64,000 nucleotides of DNA from Coniocarpon cinnabarinum (GCA_051942205.1 JAVECO010000092.1:1-64000), one strand, 5' to 3'; positions 11,821 to 23,632 are shown, counted from the first letter of the stretch. A program made the numbers and translations. The notes: generated from the sequence alone by a model not told the origin.

Positions 11821-12206
11821 AGCTGGAATTGTTCTGTCTCAGACAATGTGAAGGATGTCACAAGGACTTTGGGCGTCAGGATCTGGCGGCTGCTCCAAGG
11901 CCGCGCATGCGGAGATGAGGTGCACACGAGACAATTAAGGTAGGGAGCTTGCGATCCGAATGCTGAAGGCATCTGCTGCGTAGTTGCACTGAGTTGTGAT
12001 TGGCGAATTGAACTGCAGAACCCTGTGACGTGGCTTGCTAGTCAGCCCTCCCCACTTTCACAAGGCGCAAGGCTGCAGGTCTAGAACCAACAGAAGCGAG
12101 TTTTATCTGAACCCGAGCATTGGGTGAAAATCATCTTGAGACTTCACGTATTTCAAGATATCCTGTCGCATTCGATGCGTAAGGAAATTGGAGACTTTGG
12201 AGCGCA

Positions 12207-13049
12207 ATGGCAAAAGACCCAGAGTTCCTCATTTTGAAACCCGGCGTGGGATGGCTACCAGAGAGCGAACTGCCGAACGTGCTCGGAGCTGTCGTGAAAA
12301 ACCCACTGTCTCCGCTTGCAAACTCTTACCCAGAATATCCGGAAGCATACATGAAACAAAAGCCTATGAAGGACGAGTTCGATGACTTCATCTTGCGGAA
12401 GGAGCAGCTGTCGAGCACCAGTTTCGAAGTGGAGATTCGAGGCCTCGGCAAGCTGCGATGGGCTAGAAGCTCCGGTCAAAATATTGATCTTTCCAGTAAG
12501 AAAATCCTAATTCGAAGGATGAAAAGACACGATGAATACTGGAACAAGATGACCCAGGAGGACGTCGACTTTCAGCAACATGTGCCATTCTGGGTACAGG
12601 AGAAGCATCTACTGAAGAGGAAGAACCGAGTTTGTCTAGTGGTTGGGGTTCTGATGTGCCAAGCGGTGGTTGTCGCAGCATCAGAAGATGAAGAACGAGA
12701 AATGATTGCCCGTGGGGATGCGCCCTTGGGTACCATTGCGCAGCATGCTGCACCTACAAGCACAATACCTGCCACATCAGATGGTGCCGGAGATCTAACC
12801 TTGCAAGCCTCTCGAACAGCCGTGAGGCGAACGTATTTCAAAGCGAAAGGCGAGGGAACCAGAATTTTCGCATTGGAGATGAAGTACGTCTCGCCGAAGC
12901 TTGAATTGACGGAAGACGTTCCACGTTCAGAGCGAAAGCTGGGATCAGGGGCCGAAGCGGAGCTTTCGTGTGAAAAACTGTCGGGAGAAGATTGGGCAAG
13001 CATCGTGAACGACGAGGGTTCTGAGGCAAGTCGAGAAGACGCTGTTTGA
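12207..13049 (+). CDS. Fungal gasdermin-like (RCD-1/HET-Q1 family) pore-forming protein, 280 aa, intronless
   Basis: LGAVVKNPLSP near the N-terminus, VCLVVGVLMCQ (cf. RCD-1 VYMVTGIMVA), two amphipathic beta-hairpin-like stretches and RIFALEMKYV (cf. FVCAIRLVKI), then a short acidic tail. Size and adjacency to a protease gene fit the family. Confidence 0.8.
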   Translation: MAKDPEFLILKPGVGWLPESELPNVLGAVVKNPLSPLANSYPEYPEAYMKQKPMKDEFDDFILRKEQLSSTSFEVEIRGLGKLRWARSSGQNIDLSSKKILIRRMKRHDEYWNKMTQEDVDFQQHVPFWVQEKHLLKRKNRVCLVVGVLMCQAVVVAASEDEEREMIARGDAPLGTIAQHAAPTSTIPATSDGAGDLTLQASRTAVRRTYFKAKGEGTRIFALEMKYVSPKLELTEDVPRSERKLGSGAEAELSCEKLSGEDWASIVNDEGSEASREDAV

Positions 13050-14321
13050 GTCCGTAAACATTGTCCGCCAAGAATACTTGCCGAGAATTTACCGAAGAGT
13101 CACCAGTGCAGATCTCATCGGATCATGTGACTTGGCGTCTGTGGCAATTAATCGACGCAGATTATGTCCCGTGATTTGATTAATACCGGATCTCAGCCTA
13201 AGTAACGGGCCTGTACGATAGGCACAATTCAGGTCATGAACCTACGAGTACAACGGCAATAGGCCTTTGTCAGCGAAAAGACACTGAATTACAGTGCGGC
13301 AATGACTACCCTACACGAGGCCCTTGCCGCCCTGACGTCGTTATCTTTCACCATGCCTTGCTTGTCAGCGAACGAGGCGCAGAAAAAGTGTCAGCGTCGC
13401 GAGCGTTCCTCCTCTACCTACGTTCTGAATGGTGAAGTCGTGATTGAGCACCTGCGCTCGTTCCGAGGGCCGATCCCATCTTCTTCCCTTGACTTGCCGG
13501 ATCATCGCTCAGCATCTCATAAGGCGGAAGGGGGCTCTCGCCGTTGTACCGATAGCCGTGTAACCCATCTCATCTTTACCGTGTAGGCCCATTACCTGGA
13601 CAGACATGCGGCAACGAGTTTTGTCCACGACCTCGAGGCATGACACAACTTCTATCAGCATTGGTCTCCTACCAGGTCCGACAACGGAATGGACGACTTG
13701 ATCAAGGTCAACGCTGTACCGTCTGGTTGAGAAGCTTGAAAGGAGCTAATTAGACGCTATAGCTCGCTTCGAGACGACAGATAACCTAATTAGGTAAATA
13801 ACCTTAGCAATGGACACGACAGCAACAGCGTTAAGCTAGCATTCCATTTACAGAGTTCACAATTCGTTTCGCGAAAGAACTCGACCTCCTAGACTGACCT
13901 GATCGAGCTGTCGAGATGCTGTACTCTATCTACCTCACATCCCAAGGGCCTCGCAGGATGATACTCCCCGCACCATGATTCAGCGTCTTATCATTCAGAA
14001 AGGCCTGTCGTCGTTGTGCCTGTGGGTTTGTGACCTGAATGGTGCTTATCGTACTGGCTCATCGCCCAAGCTGAGGTCCGGCAATGACATCTGTCCCCAA
14101 CCGCTGCCTAGTCGTATCGACCTAGTGCACCTGCTTCAACGCCTCAAACATATGAAGCGAAGCTGGTCGCTCAGACGTCATGACTGAGCCGGTCTTTTGC
14201 TCCTGATTAGCGAGTGTCGAGAGATCCGTCATGCTAGGATGGCTGGCAGAAGACTACATAAGTTCGGGATGCCGTTCGTAACATCACCGTCGCAAGGACG
14301 TCCTGCACGCGCATTCCTGCC

Positions 14322-15969
14322 ATGGCCGTTGAGTACCTGGGCGCAGTGGCGAGGCTCCCAGACTTGACCTCTCTCCATCTATTTGGCGTTTGTGTTGGAG
14401 TTCTCGTGGCCTTTCAGGTTGTCAAATTCCTCAAGAGTCCTATATCTCGCGCGGTCAACTACCATCTCACAGACATCACCTATACCCAAGCAAAGCTACG
14501 ATGCTGTGCCAATCCCACCCAAGTCATCCAATCAGGGCTCGCCAAATCCGGTGGGCGGCCCTTCTACGCTATAATGTCGACGGGGCCCATACTGGTTCTC
14601 CCACACACTTATGTGCGAGAAGTGGACAAGCATATCGCGTCACTGTCGCCTGACGACGCGCTCAACCGAGAGTTCCATTGTGACCGGAATTTTCCAGAAT
14701 TGGAACCATTTTATCAGCCGAACGAATACAAACGAGCATTCGCACACCGTATCAAACAGGGGATCGATGACTCAATTGCCTTGGTGGCCGAAGAAGTCCC
14801 TGGGACACTGCGCGATGTCTGGGGTAGGTGCAAAGCACCTACGATTCTCTTTAGGATCCGTTCCCGCTATTGTTTTGTCGAATCTTTAATTTAGGATGCG
14901 CTCAATTGATCAATAGAGACTGTGGACTGATGTCTTGCGTATAGGAGAGCATTCGATCGCGCAGCGGCGCGAAATAGCAATAGATGCGCCCTTTATCATC
15001 TCCAGGCTTTCAGCTCGCGTTTTTGTTGGCGAGGACTTGTGTCGAAATGATGAATGGGTACAAATTACGCTGGACGTCGCACGCATCTTCACTGTGGCGT
15101 CGATCCATCTTCATTTAGTCCCCAGCTTCTTGCGCCCGCTAGCGCGACACTTTCTACCAAGCTGCCGGCAGCTCACGAGGACGACAGATCGAGCTCTGGG
15201 AATCCTAGAGCCAGCCATCGAGAGGCGACGTGCACTCAAGCAAAAGGACGCCAGTTTGCAATTTGATGACGCCATTGAGTGGTTTGAAAGAATCGGTTAC
15301 GGCAAGGGCTGGACTCCCATGCATCCGCAATTGCAATTAGTCCTCGCATCAGCGCAAACGGCCGGAGACTTTTTCATGCAAGTCGTGAACAACTTATGCC
15401 TTTACCCAGACGTCATAGAGCCACTGCGCAAGGAAGCCGCCGAAGTCGTCCTCAAAAATAACGGTTCTTTGACGACGACTGCACTCAAAGAATTGCACCT
15501 CATGGACAGTGTCCTCAAAGAAACTCTAAGGCTGAAACCAACCTCGCCCATCATCATGAACCGCCGAGCCACTCGCGACGTCACCTTCCCCGACGGGACG
15601 CACATTCCCGCGAACACATACGTCGGGGTGTCGCAACTCCACCTGTGGGACGACGACTACTATCCGAATGCTCAAACCTTCGTGCCCGACCGCTTCGTCG
15701 ACAAAGCGCAGTTTGTCACACAGAGCACCGACAATTTCTGCTTCGGCTACGGCAACATCTCGTGCGCGGGCCGGTTCTTCGCGGCGTACGAGATGAAGAT
15801 CGCGCTCGTGCATATGATCTTGAAGTATGACTTTGGGCTGGCGCCTGAGTCGCCTGTTCCTGACGTCCGGGGGATACCGGCTGGTGACTATATCAGGGCT
15901 GATGACCGGGTCGTGATCGATGTGAGCAGGCGTAGTGATCCAACGGGGGCTTCGGACTTGCTGCCTTGA
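14322..15969 (+). CDS. Cytochrome P450 monooxygenase (ent-kaurene-oxidase/CYP68-like secondary-metabolism type), ~508 aa; intron 14824-14944
   Basis: N-terminal TM anchor, SARVFVGEDLCRNDEW, ExxR (ETLR), PDRF and heme motif FGYGNISCAGRFFA. Intron GTAGGT...TATAG restores the frame. Confidence 0.9.
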
Positions 15970-16698
15970 CGGGCTGGCTTGGGGATGTAGGGTGTGAACT
16001 ATCATGACTTGACGGAATGCTACAGGGCGTCGACTACATAAGTACTGCGAGCTTCAACAGCCTTACGCAGATCACAAGTATTTTGAACCAAATTTCAGAA
16101 GAAACTACAGACCCGGACGACTGCATGCCAGGCATAATCCACGTCCTCGGGATTCTTTTAACGGGACATCTTGACCAGCCAATGTAATTTAGCGCACCCT
16201 CGTAACGTAGGTAATTATAGATAGTACATTACGTTTCTTCCACAGCATTGTAGACTCGAAACAATCGAATGCGACAGGCTCGGACTTATCTGCTACTTCC
16301 TTCGTTTCAGTAACATCGCCGTGGTCATCTTATGCAGCAATCTGATCGGAACTCAGCCTTCCGCTCGGCTAGGTCGCGAAAGAGCGCAAGCACGATGACA
16401 TTGATGTCACTCAACATCTCAAAAAAGATACAGCAATCTTATGAGCCACAACCAGTCTCAATTGTGTGTGTGCAGGGCAGTCTTCCAGCCGCAGAGACGT
16501 AGTGGTGGATGCGAGGTAATTCTATCTCCAGAGAACAAGTAACCACAGTCAGACGGACATAATGGACGTACTTATTAATCGCATAAAGGCCCTTCACGGG
16601 CCCTTGGGGCATCAAAAGCATCTCTAAAGCAGGCCTTTAAAGCAGGTCTCTCACGGCTCCAATCCATGAAGTGCCTCACCTTTGCTTCGATCCACGTC

Positions 16699-17873
16699 AT
16701 GGCTTCCATCAAGCAGCCCCCTCCCCGCCAGCTAGGCCGAAATAGCCCACAAGGCCCCACCCCAGGATAGGGCCTCATGGAACTCAGCGCAAGCTACGGC
16801 AGCGCCACACTGTCCGTCCAACCCAGCATCACAGCGCTCATCCAAAAATGAAGCTAACAACCCTAGATCCGATGAAGAGCGCTTCAAAATCAAGGATCGA
16901 GCTTGGGAACTCGGGGTGTGGTTTTGGGACAGTGCCGCTGCGTTCAACGACAATGAAGAGCTCATAGGACGATGGCTCAAGCGGAATCCCGAGCGCCGGG
17001 ATGACATCTTCCTCTGCTCCAAGTTCGGGCTATCAGCTACGCTGGACAACGCCGGGAAGTATACTCCAGTCATTGACAGCTCGCCTGCGAACTGTCGTCA
17101 GTCCTGCGAAGAGAGCCTGCGCAAACTAGGTCTTGAGCGTATTGATTTATTCTATGTGCATCGTTTTGATAAGGTGACGCCGGTGGAGAAGACGATGGGG
17201 GTCCTCGTGAGCTTGCAAAGGTGAGTCGACATCCCGTTACTCCTTCGTCACAGAAGAGGAGGATCGAGTAGAGGCGTGTATCAACGCTGGCTTCAGAGAA
17301 GGCAAAATCAAGCACATCGGCTTCAGCGAATGTTCCTCGGATACTCTCCGTCGCGGCCACGCCGTCGCTCCCATCTCTGCCGTCCAAATCGAGTACAATC
17401 CCTGGACGTTGGATACCGAGAACGAAACGGGAACGAATCTCCGCGCCTGTCGCGAACTGGGCGTCAGCATCGTGACCTATTCACCGCTGGGTCGTGGATT
17501 TCTGACAAGAAAATTCTCATCGCTCGATGACTTTGACGAGAAGGACGCACGTCGCCAGCTGCCGCGCTTCAGTCCAGAGAACTTTCCGAAAAATCTCGAG
17601 TTGGTCGAGGTGTTCAAGGACTTGGCTTTGCAGAAGGGCTGTACGCCTTCTCAGGTTGTGCTTGCTTGGATTATGGAGCAGGGTTTGGATTTCATGCCGA
17701 TCCCAGGCACAAAGAATATCAAATACCTAGAGGAGAATTTGGGGGCGACGAAAGTCAGAGTTTCTGCGGAAGAGAACAAGCATATCAGAGATGTGCTGAC
17801 GAGCACGGGAGGTGCTGTGGGTGACCGTAACATTAACTCTTCCAACGTGTTTGCGAATACTCCACCTCTTTGA
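16699..17873 (+). pseudogene. Aldo-keto reductase (YakC/pyridoxal-reductase-like) with a premature stop; exons 16699-16811, 16867-17220, 17297-17873
   Basis: AKR motifs [38 protein letters not shown] and PIPGTK. In-frame TAG at 16768-16770 (codon 24). The catalytic Tyr position reads Phe (DSAAAF, TTC 16943-16945). Confidence 0.75.
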
Positions 17874-18963
17874 ATAGTCTAGGCTGAAGTTTGATCTATT
17901 GTTGTTGTCAATGTTGCATAGCGAAAAACACAATGCTTCTTTCCACAGCGCATGCGTGCTTGACTTGCCTTAAGATCATTCCAAGATCAATAATGGCCAA
18001 GCGCCGAGGACTTGCTGACTGGACGTGGAGACTTTTGAAAATACAACACAAGTACCGGAATATATCAGTGTTGGGACCTGTATGGTCAATATTCCTGCTT
18101 GAGACATAGCTGGGTCGACCGGTAAGGACAGAACAATGACTCCAGTACTCTGCGACATATAACAGCTCAGACTTCCGTTTCTTGGGCATCAAAGGCGCCG
18201 ATATTTCTTCTAAACATCTTTTCTGAGACCAAGAATCTCTACAAACGTTTGATATTTGATGCTAACAACGTGGTAATTGCGCTGACGTACTGAATCCCGC
18301 AAAGATTCCTTACGCTCGTCGGATATCGCAGTGTCGTCATTCAAGCCTGGAAAAAAAGATAGCAGAGACGGACAACTCTCTGTCCTCGTCGCCAGAATCA
18401 TGGTCGCTGTTCGATGGCGAGAGGTGTCTGGAATCTGCGTGTGCTATCTTGGCTGGAACAGCGACATTCGTGGATTGAGGAAAGTCGCTATTGGTTGTCT
18501 TCTCCAACTCGTTTCTAATTTGTTGAGAGAGATGATCGAGCTTTGCAGAAGGAATAGCCAGCGCGGTCGCCATCGCGCTGTCCACACTCGTTTTCAAGTT
18601 CTGAGACTGTGAACTGCCTTCCCTTGCCATGGTCACCTTTGAGTAAAGCGTTTGTGATTTACAGCCTTCTTCGTTCGTTGCACTCATCGATTCTAGATCC
18701 AGCATAGCTCAGTGGCGAATGTCGGCATGTATCCGCAATAGGCCTGATAAATGAACAGAGCACGCAACAGATTAAGTGAATTGTGTAGCGGTTTATCAGT
18801 CTCGAGTTTTGTGAAGGTAATCCTCACAAACCCCAGGCTGCAGTCGTTTTAGCCTGGAATAGCCCCCAAGTCGAGACAACCGCGTCCCTGCGATGCAAGG
18901 CGTAGAGCAGTGATTTGCCCATACCTTGGAACTGAGGAAGCCCGTCCGAGTCAAATCTGACGC

Positions 18964-20037
18964 TCACGGCTTGAAGAGTCCATCCTTTTTTGCTTGAACT
19001 TCTTCCTCTAACCTGTCCACGACGTTTTTCACTGCGATGCCGGCTGGACTCTCTGGAAAAGCCTCGAGGAAGCTCTCCCCATAGTCACACGCCATGCCTA
19101 TTCTCGGGTCCAGTGGCACACTGCCCAAGAATGGAATCTTCGTCTCTCTCGCCAAGGCCTCTCCACCGCCTGTACTCGGTTTGAAGATTGTGCTCTGATG
19201 CCGACACTTAGGGCAGACAAAGCCTGCCATATTTTCCACAAGGCCCAGAATAGGTATGCCGGCTTTGCTGCAGAAGTCGATCTCTTTGCGTACGTCGAGT
19301 AGCGCAACTTCTTGCGGAGTAGTGACGAGAACAGCTCCATCGATCCCAGCCTCCTTGAGAAGACCGTTGACAGCAAGATGCTCATCCGATGTTCCTGGCG
19401 GAGTGTCTACAATCAGGTATTCGAGCTGGCCCCATTCGACATCTTTGAGAAATTGTTTAATAAGACCCGTCTTTTTGGCACCCCGCCAAATCACAGCGGA
19501 GTCTCGTGAAGGAAGTAGAAACTGGACGGACATGGTGCAAAGTGTGTCACTGACGTAAACAGGAGACCACCCTGTGGCGGAGATGTGTATTTGCTCGTTA
19601 GACACTCCCAGCATTGCTGGGATGGAAGGACCACAGATGTCTGTGTCCATCAGCCCGATTTGCCCTCCAGACAAATCCACATCCATGCCCTCATGTCCGT
19701 TCAAGAGGCCATCTTCCGATTTCTGTGCAAAGGCACCAGCAAGCAGGGCACTAAATGTGCTCTTGCCAACCCCACCCTTCCCACTGAGAACGAGTATCTT
19801 GTGCTTCACATTGCCGAGACGCTCAGTAATGATCGGTATATCTGGATCTGGCCCTTTCGGTGCGGATGCGCAAATCTCTTGGTTGGGACATCCAGCACAG
19901 GAGGCGGCTTTTCCTGCAGTTTGGGACTCCGGGCCCGGACAGTGCTCAGGCTCGGGAGCGATGAGGGGTGGGGCCGCTTTGGGAGGCGAGGCCAAGTCAA
20001 TAGCAGTGGTGGGCTCTGAAAGGTACGGCGCCATCAC
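18964..20037 (-). CDS. NBP35: Cytosolic Fe-S cluster assembly P-loop NTPase Nbp35
   Basis: N-terminal ferredoxin-like [16 protein letters not shown], Walker [20 protein letters not shown] and CPKC. Intronless. Confidence 0.95.
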   Translation of the reverse strand: MMAPYLSEPTTAIDLASPPKAAPPLIAPEPEHCPGPESQTAGKAASCAGCPNQEICASAPKGPDPDIPIITERLGNVKHKILVLSGKGGVGKSTFSALLAGAFAQKSEDGLLNGHEGMDVDLSGGQIGLMDTDICGPSIPAMLGVSNEQIHISATGWSPVYVSDTLCTMSVQFLLPSRDSAVIWRGAKKTGLIKQFLKDVEWGQLEYLIVDTPPGTSDEHLAVNGLLKEAGIDGAVLVTTPQEVALLDVRKEIDFCSKAGIPILGLVENMAGFVCPKCRHQSTIFKPSTGGGEALARETKIPFLGSVPLDPRIGMACDYGESFLEAFPESPAGIAVKNVVDRLEEEVQAKKDGLFKP

Positions 20038-20391
20038 TTGCTGACTCTAGAAGCCCCCGAAGCAATGAAGGATGTTTCGTTGATCTGATAAGAACATTCG
20101 TGGCAAGTAGTATGTAGTCGCAGTCTAGCTCGGCAAAGCTTCCTCGCTTGAGTGATGTCATTCTCTTAGTCAGGAATACCAACTGCTCTGGGTGTAAGCA
20201 CATCCGTGACTAAGATGCTCCCTGAACTTGGAGTGATTAAGGGAACCTCGAAATTCAGCAAGCTTCAAATACAAAACCAACACGCGGAGTTACGTAAGGC
20301 ATCAGCCGAAGAAAGGAAGGACTTGGTCGCTCTTAAAAGAACGCATATACAAAAAAAAGCACGCCCATGTCCAAGGTCCTGAATATCAAAA

Positions 20392-23300
20392 TCAGGCCTT
20401 CTTTTTGTTCCACCTGGCGAAGCCTCGATGCACTTCTCTTTGACCGGTGGCCCACCAGTCAGGCTTCGAATGTAGCAAGTCGTGTACACCACCAAACCGG
20501 TCCCATGATGGGTCATGCGTCCTTGTGGCGGCATGCGCTGTTTGAGTAGAGCCCGGTTGCGGCAGAGTCTGGCTTCTGGAATGCTGTGGCCGCGACGGTG
20601 TTTTGAAAGGTGTTTGAACACCTGACTGTACCGCCTGTGGGGTTTGCGTTGTCGTCTGGGAAAAGTACGATTGATTGGTGGACGATCCTGACCCCATGGA
20701 TACAGGAGAGGGAATGAATTCGTCCGGTGTAGCAATCGACGGACTGACCGCAGAAGGTGAGGTGACATTGCTTTGTGGGCGCTGTTGAAGGGCTTGTCGC
20801 TCTCGCTGCAGCTGTAGCATTTTCTGTGTCTGCTGTTGCCACATTGCGCTTTGTTGCGCGTACTGATCATCTCTCGACATTGTGGCCAGCTGGATGCTCT
20901 CAAGTGAGGACATTTGTGGGCGTGTTGAATAATCCACAGTCCAGGCGGAAAGACCCTGAGTTGGCGGCAAGGAAGTATTGATAGACATGTCTTGTGCCAA
21001 GCTGTTGACACCAGGCATAAATCCTTGCTCAAGTGGTTGAGAAATACCCATATTCGACCCCGGCATTTGTGTTTCAAATGAGCCTGGAATCCACGATCCC
21101 CATGCACCGGTATCCATGGGCATGGGTATCTCTTGGAGAGCTTGATCAATAGTGAACATGCCCTGCTGGGACGATGTTCCAGAGAAGGGGCTTTGAGTGC
21201 CGTTACCAGGACTGGCGTTATCTTGCTCAGAGCCTTCACTTCGATGTGATGAAGACGATGGCCCTTGTTGCTCAAGGAAGCGGTTCAAAATTATGGCAGC
21301 TTCGACTGGTACTTCAATCTCCCAACGCTTCGCTTGAAGGGCAAGAGTGTTTAATGTGCGCCGCGCTACAAGCCATCCTTCAGAAATCATTTCCAGTTGG
21401 CGTACTCCGTGGAGGATATCTCGTTTTGCGCCACGATCCGGAAGATTTAGTAGATGGATGGTACAGGCCGAATGAAGAATATATACAACGATATTGCAGA
21501 TTTGTCGTAAGCCATAAGAGCGTTTGTAAAGTCGCATAAGTCGTGAAATCATAGCTGCAGCAGTAGTGCAATTCTTGCGGGGAGATACGTTAGGAGGTAA
21601 AGCCGTCTTCTCGGGATCATATCGAAGGAAATACCGAAACAGATGGATGAATAGAAGATGAAAAAACATGCTCAAAAAGATGTCAGCCCGATTGCTAGCG
21701 GTGCGCGTAAGAGCAACTTACTGCATCGTGAATACGCTTGGTAACGCGCCATCATGGGGCTCAAATTCGGGCGGAAGCTGCTTCCGCCATTCTTCAAGTC
21801 TGAGTTGTATATTACTGAGTCGTTTGATTTCGACTTGTAGAGGGAGTGGCTTCAGTCGCTGTTGGGGATGGTAAAAGTCTCTCATCAAATCGCTGCTGAT
21901 AGCGCAAAGCGAGGATAAGTGTGAAGCAACAGCCCTGGTTCTCGCAGGTTGGGAATGGATGTCCTGATAGCCTTCGTCTGTATGTGGCATCCATGGTTCA
22001 GCTTCCTCTTCAGGGAAGACATCGAACTTTGGAGCGGTTACGTTCAAGTCAAGCTGAAATGTTGGCATGCGTCCGAGATAGTTCGACCAGCATCTTCCAC
22101 CTATTAGTGGTCTAGACTGACAAGGGGAAAGCTACAGGGGCTTTCAACTTACTTGTCGAAGAGATAACATCCCCAGAAGGTCATTCGCCTGACATCTTCC
22201 TCCTCTTCGGTGAGGTCAGCTGCATTGCGCGTCAAGCCTTTCTGATCGATATTGAGCCCCAAGTCGCAGCACAATCGAAAGGCGATACCCTAAGTAAAGC
22301 GTCAGTACTTGATCGATCACGCTCTGGACCCCTCATGTCGAATGGCCCTGCTGGCTGCATACCGAATAAGTCCAGCCGGTTGCTTCTCTTCCACAACCCG
22401 CTTCTCTTACTGACATCAATGCTGCAGCTTGAATCGTCGCAAGTCTAGGGTTTTCATATTCTGCGCTTTCCATCAAAAGCTTGCGCGCTTCTTTGAAGAA
22501 ATGATCGCCGGCTGTTGCTGAATCGTTGGGATCCTCCCTTGCTTCTGGCCATGATGAGAAATGACAGCCCAACGCCAACATGGTATTGACGAGCAATGGG
22601 CAGCAGTAGTTCAGCCTGCGTCTGCTGTTGGTGGTATAACCAAGAAAGAAATGTTTGAAGAAAGCAGTGCGGGACAGCGTGACAAAAAACGAATAATGCC
22701 AGGTGAAATACATGTTGAGCAGATGCATGACCACTTTTCCATCCTGTGTCACGTTCGTCCAAGACGTGATGGGATTGCTGACGGGTTGCAGATTCTCTGA
22801 AGCATTCGCTGGCGGGCTATCGCCCTCAACCGCCTGGTCATCGTCGTCCACGAAGAGTAGGTTAGAGGTGCCGCCATAGTAACGGGTGCCACCTTCATGA
22901 TCGAGTCGAAGTTTTCCAAACTTGCTAGTCAAGCGACTTTCGAAACGCGACGTGGGTTCCAGCTCGGGCTGGTCGTCCGGTCGCGACAAGAAATCCTCGA
23001 CGTCATTGTCTTGAGCGTGGATGGACTCTGCGATCTGGTCGAGGCTTTCGCAGGTGCGGATCTGACGCACCAGCTCGGGCACGTCTTCCTGGGGGTAATT
23101 AAGCAAGGCCTCGATCAACGTGGTGAGCGTCGAGTTGCGAGTCTGCAAGTTGTCGATGTCCTGCTTGTAGACACCTTTGCGACGGTGGTCCGAGGCCAAG
23201 TCATAGATGCATTCGGTCTTGTAGACTTGACTGCAAGCAGCACACGCAGGCTGGTTACCATCGCACTGGACACCACACGTCAGAACAGCACAAGCGCGGA

Positions 23301-23632
23301 GATGAAGACGAGATACAAAGTTGGGCGCAGGCACTGACCTCTGGCGGGTACATTAGCTAGTGGCGTCTGAGGCGCACAAGGTTTACCAAACACTCACTGG
23401 ACTTGCGCCGCCTGCAGGCGGTACACGCGCTGCTGACACACCTCCTCTTGCTGGGGTCCTCGATGGAGTCTTTGCGCTTGGTGGCTCGCTTGGCGAGGCC
23501 GGGCGGGCGCGGGTGGTTGTGGTTGGGGGTGGGGGGCGATGATGCGTGCTTGGGGACGGATGGCGCAATGGCAGAGGCCTCGGATTTGATGGGCAGCGCT
23601 GGGGGAGGCGGCGAGGGCAGGCGATGGTCCAT
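20392..23632 (-). CDS. nirA: Zn(II)2Cys6 nitrate-assimilation transcription factor; exons 23632-23398, 23340-23339, 23265-22363, 22289-22153, 22093-21722, 21670-20392
   Basis: Spliced product reads RRCVSSACTACRRRKSKCDGNQPACAACSQVYKTECIYDLASDHRRKGVYK (NirA/NIT4 signature). Fungal TF middle-homology region (HLLNMYFTWHY, FDKCWSNYLGR) and a Q-rich tail. Confidence 0.9.

Noticed and set aside
18337..18705. 122-aa ORF beside NBP35
   Set aside because: No recognisable motif or supporting splice structure; cannot be supported as a gene.
1..18900. Starship-type giant transposon call
   Set aside because: No tyrosine-recombinase captain or terminal repeats are visible in the window; kept only as a hypothesis.
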